Shown piece after piece: positions 1 through 8,900 of a stretch of DNA of 64,000 bases. This stretch comes from an uncultured Clostridium sp. (GTDB lineage: Bacteria; Bacillota; Clostridia; Lachnospirales; Lachnospiraceae). The notes under the pieces are model-generated. The model had not been told where the DNA came from, did not search any database, and saw only the letters and a program-made list of their open reading frames with translations. The translations under genes were made by a program, and so were the position numbers. Position 1 is the first letter of the stretch. Each line of letters starts with the position of its first letter. The stretch covers positions 3,358-67,357 of the forward strand of contig CAMWYM010000003.1 in NCBI GenBank assembly GCA_947178475.1, in the 5' to 3' direction.

Positions 1-1138
1 AATTCTCCACAAACAAATCTACTACATCCGGGTCAAAATGGACACCCTTTAACCGAACAATCTCATTGTAGGTTTCCTCCAAGGACCATCCATCCTTATA
101 ATATCGCTGCGAGGTAAGGGCATCAAACACATCACACACAGCCATAAGACGGCTGATATAGGAGATATCCTCTCCTTTCATCCCCAAATAACCGGAGCCA
201 TCCCATTTTTCATGATGCTCTAAGGCAATGGTTTTGGCAATCTGCATAATATCTCCAGGACACTTTGCCAGCAATGCCTCTCCATATAGAACATGGTTTT
301 TCATAATCGCATATTCTTCCTCCGTTAACCGGTCCGGTTTATCCAATATTTCCTCCGGAATCATTAATTTACCGATATCGTGCATCATCGCTGCAACAGC
401 CAGTTTATCGACATAATCTGTTGTAAATCCTGAAGCGTTTCCAAGAATCTTCATATACTCTGACACTCTCCGGATATGCTCTCCGGTAACCTTAGACTTA
501 CTCTCGGAAATCTCCGCAAAAGCATAGATTAACTCTTCCTGACTATGTACTAAATCATTATTGGCTTCAATGGTTTTATTAAGCATGACCATATTACGGT
601 CCACAATGTAATAGGAAAAGAGAGTCGCCACTAAAAGCAGGACAATCCGAAGAAAGCCGCCATAAATCAACGCACTGGTCAGGCTGTCATATTCCTTTAA
701 CAGCTCGTCACTCTCAATAAAATAATAGCGTAAAAGCAAGGTTCCCAATACGCAAAGACAATCCACCAGTGTAGTAATGACAATTAATTTTCTGTCACAG
801 TACAATGTTGCAATCAACAAAGTCAGAATGAGCAAAATAATGAAATCATAGGAAACAAACAAGCTTAACAAAAAAACAACTGCCAGTGTACACATAATGA
901 CATAATATTTTACCCAATGCCTTTCCAAATGTATGACATTTACCAAAACAGAAGGTATCAATAATAGCAACAAACAACTGATAAATATAATGGTTATTGT
1001 GTATTTGTCAAAGCTGTAATAATCTGATAAGGTGAACAACCACAAAGATATCAGAAACAATACCGTAATACGCAGACATTTTGCTGCAAGCTTATTCACT
1101 TCTAGATTATTTTTCCGTATCAATAATTCTCTATCCAT
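1..1138 (-). CDS. HD-GYP-type HD-domain membrane protein (putative c-di-GMP phosphodiesterase); C-terminal end cut by the window edge
   Basis: My own reverse-complement translation from the ATG at 1138-1136 reads MDRELLIRKNN..., then several hydrophobic helices. It continues with ...AAMMHDIGKLMIPEEILDKPDRLTEEEY... and ...LEHHEKWDGSGYLG..., which are the HD and HHExxDGxGY signatures. It is absent from the ORF track because it runs off position 1. Confidence 0.8.
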   Translation of the reverse strand, partial: MDRELLIRKNNLEVNKLAAKCLRITVLFLISLWLFTLSDYYSFDKYTITIIFISCLLLLLIPSVLVNVIHLERHWVKYYVIMCTLAVVFLLSLFVSYDFIILLILTLLIATLYCDRKLIVITTLVDCLCVLGTLLLRYYFIESDELLKEYDSLTSALIYGGFLRIVLLLVATLFSYYIVDRNMVMLNKTIEANNDLVHSQEELIYAFAEISESKSKVTGEHIRRVSEYMKILGNASGFTTDYVDKLAVAAMMHDIGKLMIPEEILDKPDRLTEEEYAIMKNHVLYGEALLAKCPGDIMQIAKTIALEHHEKWDGSGYLGMKGEDISYISRLMAVCDVFDALTSQRYYKDGWSLEETYNEIVRLKGVHFDPDVVDLFVEN

Positions 1139-1207
1139 ATTCCTCCACCGGTATAGCTATCCTCTTCTGTTTCTCTAACGACTTATCGTCAGAAAAGCTT
1201 ATGTCTT

Positions 1208-1555
1208 CTATTCGTCCAACGAATCAACAATTTTGCCGTCTAACCATATTTTTTCCAGATTATAAAACAATCTGTCTTCCTCATTAAAAATGTGTACGAT
1301 AATATCATTAAAATCCATCAGAATCCAGTTTGCCGTCTGATATCCCTCAATCTGCCGAGGATGTATTCCTGCATCTGCAAGCTTCTCCTCCACATTATCT
1401 GCCATTGCCTGAACCTTATTGCGGTTAGAACCACTGGCAATAATAAAATAATCCGCCACGACAGAGACCTCTGAAATATCGATTACCCTTATATCGTCAG
1501 CCTTCTTGTCTTCTAATCCGGCTACTGCTGTTTTCGCTAACTCCCTGCTTGTCAT
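1208..1555 (-). CDS. rsfS: Ribosomal silencing factor RsfS (iojap-like)
   Basis: 115-aa ORF. Length and sequence (..DYFIIASG.., ..NWILMDFNDIIVHIF..) are typical of RsfS. It lies adjacent to yqeK, as in many Firmicutes. Confidence 0.9.
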   Translation of the reverse strand: MTSRELAKTAVAGLEDKKADDIRVIDISEVSVVADYFIIASGSNRNKVQAMADNVEEKLADAGIHPRQIEGYQTANWILMDFNDIIVHIFNEEDRLFYNLEKIWLDGKIVDSLDE

Positions 1556-1633
1556 ATTTCTCTCCTTCTATTTCCTCTGTACTATCGGAAAATGCATGAA
1601 ATGCAGTTTGTCCGAAAAACCATCAGAGATATT

Positions 1634-2203
1634 TTATTTATCTAAGCTGCTGAAATATTCATAGGTTTCCAATGTTATCGGATCAACAGCTGCTCCCTTT
1701 TTGCCAAGATAATGCACACAGTTATCCAATATATGCAACAGACATTTATCCAAATTCGTATATGCTTCCTGTCGAATAATCTCCATTTCCGGTAACATAT
1801 TACGGTTCGGCTCAATGTAGTCGGCAATATAAATAATCTTTTCCAGCAATGTCATACCCGGATGCCCTGTCGTATGATAGGCAATCGCAGATAAAATATC
1901 CTTATCGCCAACTCCATATTTCTCCTTAGCATATACTGCGGAAAGCTTGGCATGCAGTAATTCGGGATTCTTATATTCACAAGGGGAAATCGGTATTTTC
2001 CGTTTTTCACATTTGGAAATTTTCTTGCTATTGGAAACATACTTAGCACAATCATGTAATAATCCGGCAACCATCGCTTTCTCAACATCCACACTATACA
2101 TAAATGCCATCGTTCCCGCTGTATATTCTACTCCTAAAGAATGCTCAAAGCGTTTTGCCGGAAGCTTTTGTTGCAGTTTATTTCTCATCTCCAGCCTGTC
2201 CAT
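1634..2203 (-). CDS. yqeK: YqeK-type HD-domain bis(5'-nucleosyl)-tetraphosphatase
   Basis: 189 aa with HSLGV, LLHDCAK and AYHTTG motifs, and the classic yqeK-rsfS neighbourhood. Confidence 0.85.
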   Translation of the reverse strand: MDRLEMRNKLQQKLPAKRFEHSLGVEYTAGTMAFMYSVDVEKAMVAGLLHDCAKYVSNSKKISKCEKRKIPISPCEYKNPELLHAKLSAVYAKEKYGVGDKDILSAIAYHTTGHPGMTLLEKIIYIADYIEPNRNMLPEMEIIRQEAYTNLDKCLLHILDNCVHYLGKKGAAVDPITLETYEYFSSLDK

Positions 2204-2241
2204 ATGAAAGCCCCCTATCCTTTCATTATCAACTCGTTTCT

Positions 2242-2270
2242 ATTATAGCAAAAAAAGTGTGCGATTTCAA
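2242..2270 (-). promoter_or_regulatory. Candidate sigma-A promoter for yqeK-rsfS
   Basis: On the minus strand: TTGAAA (2270-2265), a 17-nt spacer, then TATAAT (2247-2242). It lies about 39 nt upstream of the yqeK ATG. Confidence 0.5.
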
Positions 2271-2299
2271 CGAAACGCAGCACCTTTTTTGACGAATTT

Positions 2300-3229
2300 C
2301 TATTTTTGTAATAAGGTATCCAATAATTTTTCAAAATATTCCGGTAATTCTGAATCAAATTCCATATACTCACCTGTATCCGGATGGATAAATCCCAATG
2401 TCTTTGCATGTAGTGTCTGCCCTATTAAACCTTTTATTTTTGGGTTTTTTGGACCATACACGTCGTCTCCCAGCAAAGGATGTCCTATAGAAGCCATGTG
2501 AACGCGAATCTGGTGAGTCCTTCCGGTTTCCAGTGTACATTCTATATAAGAATAATTATCTTTTAGTGTGTTTAATACCCGATAATGGGTGACGGCTTCT
2601 CTTCCATTCCTGTGATTGACTGCCATTTTCTTCCGGTCAACAGGATGTCTGCCTATCGGGGCATTCACCGTTCCTTCCGGTTCCTTAAACACACCATGGC
2701 AAATGGCATGATATTTTCGTGTTATAGAATGCTCCTTTAACTGTTCTGCCAAACTTCTGTGCGCAGAGTCATTTTTACAGACCACAAGAATTCCTGTCGT
2801 ATTTCGATCAATCCGATGAACAATACCCGGTCGTACAACACCGTTTATCGATGATAATGAATCCTTGCAGTGATAGAGCAACGCATTTACCAGTGTACCG
2901 CTTTCATGCCCCGCAGCAGGATGCACCACCATATCCTTCGGTTTGTTAACAATGACAACAGACTCATCCTCATAGAGGATTTCTAAAGGAATGTTCTCAG
3001 CCGTAACTTCAAGCTCTTTTGCTTCCTCGACCTCCACCTCAATGATATCACCCGGTCGGCATATATAATTTGCCCTGCACATTTTTCCGTTGACTAATAT
3101 ATTATTCTCTTGAATTAACTGCTTAACGTAAGAACGTGACAAATCGGAAATCTGTTCACTGATATATTTATCAATCCGTTCCCTTACTTCATCAGTTGAA
3201 CGCCTGTTATATTCTAAGCGATAATGCAT
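2300..3229 (-). CDS. rluD: RluA-family 23S rRNA pseudouridine synthase, RluD-like, with N-terminal S4 domain
   Basis: 309 aa with an S4-like N-terminus (..LVNGKMCRANY..) and the catalytic HRIDRNTTG motif. Confidence 0.85.
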   Translation of the reverse strand: MHYRLEYNRRSTDEVRERIDKYISEQISDLSRSYVKQLIQENNILVNGKMCRANYICRPGDIIEVEVEEAKELEVTAENIPLEILYEDESVVIVNKPKDMVVHPAAGHESGTLVNALLYHCKDSLSSINGVVRPGIVHRIDRNTTGILVVCKNDSAHRSLAEQLKEHSITRKYHAICHGVFKEPEGTVNAPIGRHPVDRKKMAVNHRNGREAVTHYRVLNTLKDNYSYIECTLETGRTHQIRVHMASIGHPLLGDDVYGPKNPKIKGLIGQTLHAKTLGFIHPDTGEYMEFDSELPEYFEKLLDTLLQK

Positions 3230-3238
3230 AAGCCAGAC

Positions 3239-3793
3239 TCACTTTCTAAAATGTTCAAAATCCTCTTCCTTATACTTAAACAGAACGAGCACAGCCATCA
3301 GTAAAAAACCGATAGTCGCATAACAGTCAGCAATATTGAACACCGGAAAATCAATCAGCTTAACATAGATAAAATCAATTACATAGCGAAACCGCAGGCG
3401 GTCAATAAAATTGCCTGCCGCACCGGCTAATATCAATATAACCAGTGCCCGAAGATCATGAAAGCTGCCGGACTGTTTGCATCGGACATAAAACCATATA
3501 CCCACAGCCAACGCAAATACTGTGATCACATAGAATAATATCTGCTGATTGGCCAAAATTCCCCAAGCCGCTCCGGGATTTTGAATGTAGTGAATTTCAA
3601 AAACCCCTTTAATTATTGGTATCGATGCGGATAGCTCCATATTATGGGTAATCCAATATTTTGTCACCTGATCCAAGCCCAGTAAGAGGACAAATGAAAT
3701 GATTGCAGGCAGATAACTCCCTGCAATCCCTTTCCTGGTCCTGTTTAAATTAGTTTCCTTTGATTGTTCCATATTTGTCTCATCAATAATCAT
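3239..3793 (-). CDS. lspA: Lipoprotein signal peptidase (signal peptidase II)
   Basis: 184 aa with four hydrophobic segments and the NPGAAWG and FNIADCY motifs. It is adjacent to rluD, as is common. Confidence 0.9.
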   Translation of the reverse strand: MIIDETNMEQSKETNLNRTRKGIAGSYLPAIISFVLLLGLDQVTKYWITHNMELSASIPIIKGVFEIHYIQNPGAAWGILANQQILFYVITVFALAVGIWFYVRCKQSGSFHDLRALVILILAGAAGNFIDRLRFRYVIDFIYVKLIDFPVFNIADCYATIGFLLMAVLVLFKYKEEDFEHFRK

Positions 3794-3828
3794 ATCTTTT
3801 ATCGTTTCCCTACTGCAATCCTATCTTT

Positions 3829-5751
3829 TTACAGGAAGTTAAATCCTTCCTCTTCATCGTCTGCATTTCCAATTAAATTCGATTGCTTCACGTTATCCTC
3901 CACATCACCAACGAATACATCTTCCTCCGTAGAGGCAGTTTCCCCAAATGGGTCAATATGAAGAGAAGCCGAATCGTTAGACTGAGAACCCAGACCATCA
4001 GACACTCCTCCACCGCCTAAGCCTCCGGCAAAGTTCGGCAATATTGTCGGAATCTCTTCTTCTGACTCGTTGCCGACAACAAAATCAAAACCATCACTAT
4101 AATTATCTGCGGAATCCAGCATATTAGACTCATTTACTTTATCTTCCACTTCCCCTACATAGGTATCTTCATCTGCTTCCTCAAAGGTAGGTGAAGCTGC
4201 AGACATACCGTCAGATACAGTCTCTTCCATATCATCATCACTGACAAAATCAAAGCCTGTATTATAGTTATCCTCAGAATCAATCATATTCGATTCATTT
4301 ATCCGTTCTTCTACCTCACCACTAACGGTTTCTTCTTCATCAGCCCCGCCATAGGCTTCTGCTGCCTGATCGTCATCACTGACAAAATCAAAACCTGTGT
4401 TGTAGTTATCCTCAGAATCGATCATATTCGATTCATTTATCCGTTCTTCTACCTCACCACTAACCGTATCCTCATCATATACAGCGGAAGCAGTTGCCTG
4501 TTCATCATCACTGACAAAATCAAAGCCTGTGCTATAATTATCTTCAGAGTCCAGCATATTGGATTCATTTACTCTATCCTCTACTTCACCGGTAACCTGT
4601 GTCAATTCCTCCTCAGGCACAAAATTTGCAGTAGTTCTTACCGGTTGCGGTTCCGGCTTTACCCGCTGGGTCGGCTGTGGCTTTGCCTGCTGTGGTTGCG
4701 CTGTCTGTGGTTGTGGCGCCGGCTGCGGCTTTACCTGCTGCGGTTGCACTGCCTGTGGCTGTGGTGCTGGCTGTGGCTTTGCCTGCTGTGGTTGCGCTGC
4801 CTGTGGTTGTGGCGCCGGCTGCGGCTTTACCTGCTGCGGTTGCGCTGCCTGTGGTTGTGGTGCCGGCTGCGATTTTACCTGCTGTGGTTGCGCTGCAGCA
4901 CCATTCATGTTTTGATTAGTCTGTGTCTGCTGAACTGCCTGTGGGTTACGCTTTACACGGTTTGATCCTGGCTTACTCTCTTTGACATTCAATGTGGATT
5001 TTTCAGACGAACCTTTTGATGATGCCTTCTTTTTACCTGCACTGCCGTTATATGCACCGCCAGTCTGTTTACTAAAACGTCCACCGCCATTTGCTGCCTC
5101 AGCAAATGGATCCATATTCAGTGTTCCCCGGTCAAAAGCAGGATCCTGATTTGTACGTTCTCTTCCGTCATCAAAAGAGCTAGATCCAACATATCCTCCT
5201 CCGCCGGATAAACCGCCAAGACCGCCCTCACTGCCAAGACCGCCGCCAGAAAAGCTGCCAAAGCCGCCCTCATAATGCTGACTCGGCTCAAATCCCGGTC
5301 CTAAATCAATGTCGATCATCTCGCCGTCCATAATCTTTAACTGTGCTTCCAAAACCTTGGTAAACTGCTCCTTAAAGATTGCCTGTTGTTTCTGAAGGCG
5401 ATAGATTTCATCCTTTGTCTCCTGTAACTCTTCTTTTGCATCCGCTAACAGCATTTCCGCCTTCTTCTCCGCCTCGTTATTGATCCGACGAGCCTTGTCA
5501 TTGGCAGCAATAACTGTTTCCTCTGCCGTTTTTTCAGATAGAGTCAACGCCTTTTGCATAGATTCCTCAATGGATTTATAATGCTGAATACTTTCATCCA
5601 AGGTAGCAACCTTATCTTTTAATTCTACATTAGAACGGTAAAGCTCACTGTAATCGGAAGCCAGCTCGCTCATAAAGGTTTCAACATCCTTTTTGTCATA
5701 TCCAATACCGCCTTTAAATACTCTGTTTTGTACATCTACAGGTGTTAACAT
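3829..5751 (-). CDS. divIVA: DivIVA-domain cell-division protein with a very long repetitive C-terminal extension (640 aa)
   Basis: The N-terminus MLTPVDVQNRVFKGGIGYDKKDVETFMSEL plus coiled coil is a canonical DivIVA domain. It lies downstream of sepF and yggS. The C-terminal ~450 aa are low-complexity and repeats. Confidence 0.9.
   Translation of the reverse strand: MLTPVDVQNRVFKGGIGYDKKDVETFMSELASDYSELYRSNVELKDKVATLDESIQHYKSIEESMQKALTLSEKTAEETVIAANDKARRINNEAEKKAEMLLADAKEELQETKDEIYRLQKQQAIFKEQFTKVLEAQLKIMDGEMIDIDLGPGFEPSQHYEGGFGSFSGGGLGSEGGLGGLSGGGGYVGSSSFDDGRERTNQDPAFDRGTLNMDPFAEAANGGGRFSKQTGGAYNGSAGKKKASSKGSSEKSTLNVKESKPGSNRVKRNPQAVQQTQTNQNMNGAAAQPQQVKSQPAPQPQAAQPQQVKPQPAPQPQAAQPQQAKPQPAPQPQAVQPQQVKPQPAPQPQTAQPQQAKPQPTQRVKPEPQPVRTTANFVPEEELTQVTGEVEDRVNESNMLDSEDNYSTGFDFVSDDEQATASAVYDEDTVSGEVEERINESNMIDSEDNYNTGFDFVSDDDQAAEAYGGADEEETVSGEVEERINESNMIDSEDNYNTGFDFVSDDDMEETVSDGMSAASPTFEEADEDTYVGEVEDKVNESNMLDSADNYSDGFDFVVGNESEEEIPTILPNFAGGLGGGGVSDGLGSQSNDSASLHIDPFGETASTEEDVFVGDVEDNVKQSNLIGNADDEEEGFNFL
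3832..4600 (-). repeat. Five spaced copies of a ~30-codon acidic motif inside divIVA
   Basis: The motif GEVE[DE]x[VI]NESNM[LI]DSxDNYxxGFDFV occurs four times. A fifth, diverged copy (GDVEDNVKQSNLIGNADDEEEGFNFL) forms the C-terminus. Copies 2 and 3 are identical over about 30 aa. Confidence 0.85.
4668..4897 (-). repeat. 48-bp (16-codon) in-frame tandem repeat, about 5 units, inside divIVA
   Basis: The protein reads AAQPQQVKSQPAPQPQ / AAQPQQVKPQPAPQPQ / AAQPQQAKPQPAPQPQ / AVQPQQVKPQPAPQPQ / TAQPQQAKPQPTQ. The plus-strand DNA shows the reiterated unit ggctgcggctttacctgctgcggttgc... Confidence 0.9.
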
Positions 5752-5783
5752 CCGATCCCTCCCAATACTTTAATCACTACAAA

Positions 5784-6347
5784 CTAGAAAGCACTTAACA
5801 ACTCCGGTGACAACGTGGTCTCATTTAGGATTTCATCACGCAAATCACCTGACACTTCGATATTATCCGGAGCAGCAATAAATATATTTGCAGAAATAGC
5901 CTGCAACGAGCCATCTAAAGCATAGCAGGCACCACCAATAAAATCAATTATTCTCTGGGCTGCATGAACCTCAATCCCTTCCATATTGATAATAATAGTT
6001 CTACCTTCCTTTAAATAGTCGGTCACTCGTTGTGCTTCATTAAATTCCTGCGGTTTAATTACAATCACTTGATTACTACTCCTATTATTGTTACGGCTGT
6101 TAATAGATACTAATTTACTTGGACTTGCTGGTTTTGCCGGTCGCGCTTTTGGTTTCTTCGGCACATAGTCTTCGTCCTCGTAATCATCATAATAAGCCCT
6201 ACCCGGTTTATCCTTTATCTTTTTCTTAGGCGGCTCGTAATAATCTTCCTCCTCCTCGTCGTCATCGAATAAATCATCTTCAAAATCATCCTCTGGTTCC
6301 GACAGTTTCAGAAAATCCATAAATTTGTTTACTCCGCTTTTTGCCAT
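5784..6347 (-). CDS. sepF: Cell division protein SepF
   Basis: 187 aa with an acidic/basic linker followed by the conserved SepF core ..VIVIKPQEFNEAQRVTDYLKEGRTIIINMEG..AQRIIDFIGGACYALDG.. It sits between yggS and divIVA. Confidence 0.9.
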   Translation of the reverse strand: MAKSGVNKFMDFLKLSEPEDDFEDDLFDDDEEEEDYYEPPKKKIKDKPGRAYYDDYEDEDYVPKKPKARPAKPASPSKLVSINSRNNNRSSNQVIVIKPQEFNEAQRVTDYLKEGRTIIINMEGIEVHAAQRIIDFIGGACYALDGSLQAISANIFIAAPDNIEVSGDLRDEILNETTLSPELLSAF

Positions 6348-6359
6348 GACTACTCTCCT

Positions 6360-7064
6360 TTATACTGTATAGTTACGGGTTCCAAAAATAGCTGTGCCAA
6401 CCCGTACCATGGTTGCTCCTTCCTCAATTGCAACTTTATAATCATTTGTCATGCCCATAGACAAGACATTCATATCAATATTATCAATGTTTTTCGATAT
6501 TATGTCAAGTGATAATTGCTTTAAAGTGTGGAAATACTTTCTATTTTCCTCTGGATTTTCGACAAATGGAGCAATTGTCATCAAACCATTAACATGAATA
6601 TTCGGTAAAGCGGCTATTTCTTCAATAAAAGGAATCACTTCGTTAGTATGCAATCCAAACTTGCTTTCCTCTTCGGCTGCATTTACCTCCACTAAAATCT
6701 GTGCAGTCAAATCCTTTTTCTCTGCCTGCCGCTGTATTTCCTTCGCCAGCTTTATCGAATCCACGGAATGAATCAGAACGGCTTTGTCAATTACATATTT
6801 GACTTTGTTAGTCTGCAAATGTCCAATTTGGTGGAACCGCACAGGTACAGATACCCTCTCATACTTATCACACAGCTCCTGTACCTTATTCTCACCAAAA
6901 TCCTTTACTCCTATTGAAATAAGCTCCTCAATGTCTTCCAACGGCTTAGTTTTACTGACTGCAATCAGTGTTACCTCCTCTGGACGGCGTCCGCTCTTCC
7001 TCGCTATGTCATCCACCTGCTGCCGGATATATCTGTAATTCTCTGTTACCACTTTGAAAACCAC
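6360..7064 (-). CDS. yggS: YggS/YlmE-family pyridoxal-phosphate homeostasis protein
   Basis: 234 aa with ..LIAVSKTKP.., ..HQIGHLQTNKVK.. and ..LSMGMTNDY.. motifs. The listed start is a GTG, so the exact start is uncertain. Confidence 0.85.
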   Translation of the reverse strand: MVFKVVTENYRYIRQQVDDIARKSGRRPEEVTLIAVSKTKPLEDIEELISIGVKDFGENKVQELCDKYERVSVPVRFHQIGHLQTNKVKYVIDKAVLIHSVDSIKLAKEIQRQAEKKDLTAQILVEVNAAEEESKFGLHTNEVIPFIEEIAALPNIHVNGLMTIAPFVENPEENRKYFHTLKQLSLDIISKNIDNIDMNVLSMGMTNDYKVAIEEGATMVRVGTAIFGTRNYTV

Positions 7065-7068
7065 CTCA

Positions 7069-8457
7069 CTATTTAATAATTTGATTCTCTGTCACCATGG
7101 ATTGATTAAGAACAATCCTGTCATACCATGCAATACTGTAGCTGACATCGGCCTTGACAATCGTATATTCATCATCCTGATACAATATATCAATATAACG
7201 GAAATCTGCAACTCCCTGATTTACACAGAATACTCCGTTAAGCTCCTCTGTAGCCGCCTGTGTCAGCGAAAGCGTTTCGTTATTGTCTATGTTGACCAGG
7301 ACATCCTCCGGCGAAAAATCATCCGGATCCACATAACAGAACTGGTCATCGGTAATATATAATGCTGGTTCAACCTGCTTAATCGTCACCTCACCGTTTT
7401 TATCCAGCTTCTTAACATTAAGGAAGCGTTCCTCCATCGAATCAGAGCCCTTTGACAGATAATCCACCGGTATTTTGTATACATTCTTTTGAGTAATAGA
7501 GGTATTGGGAATCTTTAATCCGTTATTCTGATCCATAATAATCACAATATCAATATATCGGTTATTGATATAATTTACCATCTGCTGGTTAAGGGAGATA
7601 ATGACAAATTTTTTGTCATCTGCACTGGTAAGCCGGAAATTACAGGTTATATTTTTGGAGCTGTTATGAATATTAACTTTAATGGTTTCCTTATCATCTA
7701 GTTCATTTGCCTCAGCAGTGGTAAGCGGTGCCACTAAATACCAGTTTTCTGACGTCACCAGCTTGTACACCGGATCGCCTGCATTAATAATCTCTCCAGT
7801 TTTGAGCGTTGTCTTCTTATAGCTGCTCTTGTCAACATCAGCAGCTTTAAATTCATTAATGTTAAAATTCTCATATCCATCCTTATAATAAGTGACAATA
7901 CCGGCATCCTGTGTGGTTACCTTTTTATAAGTGGACACATCAGCAGAATCCATCGAGGTCATCTGTTCAATCAAAGCTTCATTGGTCAGCTCCAAAACAG
8001 CATTTTCAATATCATATCGAAAATTATATAATTCAGAAAAATTTGAATAATCAAAATAATTTTCAAAGGTAGAAATACGGGTTCTTATCTCTGTCAATGC
8101 ATCATCCGACATAGTCAGTGCCTCTGTGTCGGAATCCTTAATTTTGTCATAGACACTTCCTGTCTCATCAATGGTGTAAATGGTTTTATTTTTGCCAATT
8201 TTCTCTCCGTCCCGCACATAATAGCTGACATATCCTGAGCTCTCAGCATTAATCAGCTTCTCCTCTCTGACAATAAGGGCCGTTGCATTGATATTGGTAT
8301 CTATGTAACTATTCTGAACCTCATAAATGGAAAGAGATTCCTTCTGCAAAGACATGACGACACGAATAATAATATATAATAAAATAATAATAAAGATAAC
8401 GGTTCCCATATTTAATTTAAATTCATTTGAATAATTTGGTCTGTACCGTTTGCTCAA
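7069..8457 (-). CDS. Single-pass membrane protein, HlyD/membrane-fusion-like; function unknown
   Basis: 462 aa with a TTG start preceded by GGAGG. There is one N-terminal TM helix (VIFIIILLYIIIRVV) followed by a large extracytoplasmic region. It resembles proteins annotated as HlyD-family in Clostridia, but I cannot verify the domains by eye. Confidence 0.45.
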   Translation of the reverse strand: MSKRYRPNYSNEFKLNMGTVIFIIILLYIIIRVVMSLQKESLSIYEVQNSYIDTNINATALIVREEKLINAESSGYVSYYVRDGEKIGKNKTIYTIDETGSVYDKIKDSDTEALTMSDDALTEIRTRISTFENYFDYSNFSELYNFRYDIENAVLELTNEALIEQMTSMDSADVSTYKKVTTQDAGIVTYYKDGYENFNINEFKAADVDKSSYKKTTLKTGEIINAGDPVYKLVTSENWYLVAPLTTAEANELDDKETIKVNIHNSSKNITCNFRLTSADDKKFVIISLNQQMVNYINNRYIDIVIIMDQNNGLKIPNTSITQKNVYKIPVDYLSKGSDSMEERFLNVKKLDKNGEVTIKQVEPALYITDDQFCYVDPDDFSPEDVLVNIDNNETLSLTQAATEELNGVFCVNQGVADFRYIDILYQDDEYTIVKADVSYSIAWYDRIVLNQSMVTENQIIK

Positions 8458-8639
8458 AAAATCATACCTCCGCTTAATTACATCTATTTATTGTACCATT
8501 TTTAGCGGTTGACTACAACATTAATGAATAAAATTTATAAAATATTAGAACACTAATAGTATTCCAAAGTAAATCTATTTACATGTGTGAAACTATCGCA
8601 CAAAAAATGTATGAAATGGAAACAGAAAGGAGACTCATC

Positions 8640-8843
8640 ATGAAGGTATTAGATTATACGATTTTAACCTTTGTAGTAATTGGTGCAATCAACTGGGGGC
8701 TAATTGGATTCTTTGACTTTGACCTGGTAAGCACTCTGTTTGGACAGATGTCCATACTGACAAGAATTATTTATGCAATAGTCGGAATCGGAGGTCTTTA
8801 TGCAATTTCATATTACGGCCGTATGAACACCGAACTACAGTAA
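8640..8843 (+). CDS. DUF378-family small membrane protein
   Basis: The sequence MKVLDYTILTFVVIGAINWGLIGFF... contains the INWGLIG signature. The ATG at 8640 is preceded by aaaggag. The longer track ORF starting at 8583 lacks an RBS. Confidence 0.8.
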   Translation: MKVLDYTILTFVVIGAINWGLIGFFDFDLVSTLFGQMSILTRIIYAIVGIGGLYAISYYGRMNTELQ

Positions 8844-8854
8844 GGTGTATAGGA

Positions 8855-8894
8855 AAATGCTGCCATCCGATAAATTACAATCGGTGGCAGCATT
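8855..8894. terminator. Bidirectional hairpin between the convergent DUF378 and P-loop genes
   Basis: aaatgctgccatccga (8855-8870) pairs with tcggtggcagcatt (8881-8894), with one unpaired base, around a 10-nt loop. Confidence 0.55.
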
Positions 8895-8900
8895 CCTGTA

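Noticed and set aside
2248-2292. Rho-independent terminator after rluD
   Set aside because: A U-run is present, but the preceding stem is only 3+3 bp with an internal loop. That is too weak to call, and the same sequence is better explained as the -35 region of the yqeK promoter.
3832-4897. Possible CRISPR array suggested by regularly spaced DNA repeats
   Set aside because: The repeats are in-frame protein-coding units inside divIVA. The 48-bp units have no unique spacers between them. The ~120-bp-spaced units are separated by related coding sequence. No cas genes are present.
4559-4965. Three long plus-strand ORFs (118, 106 and 80 aa) rich in Cys/Gly, Leu/Trp/Arg or Ala/Val
   Set aside because: They are antisense or alternative-frame readings of the 48-bp PQ tandem repeat inside divIVA. 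Their periodic, low-complexity composition is the mirror image of the coding repeat, and no RBS is present.
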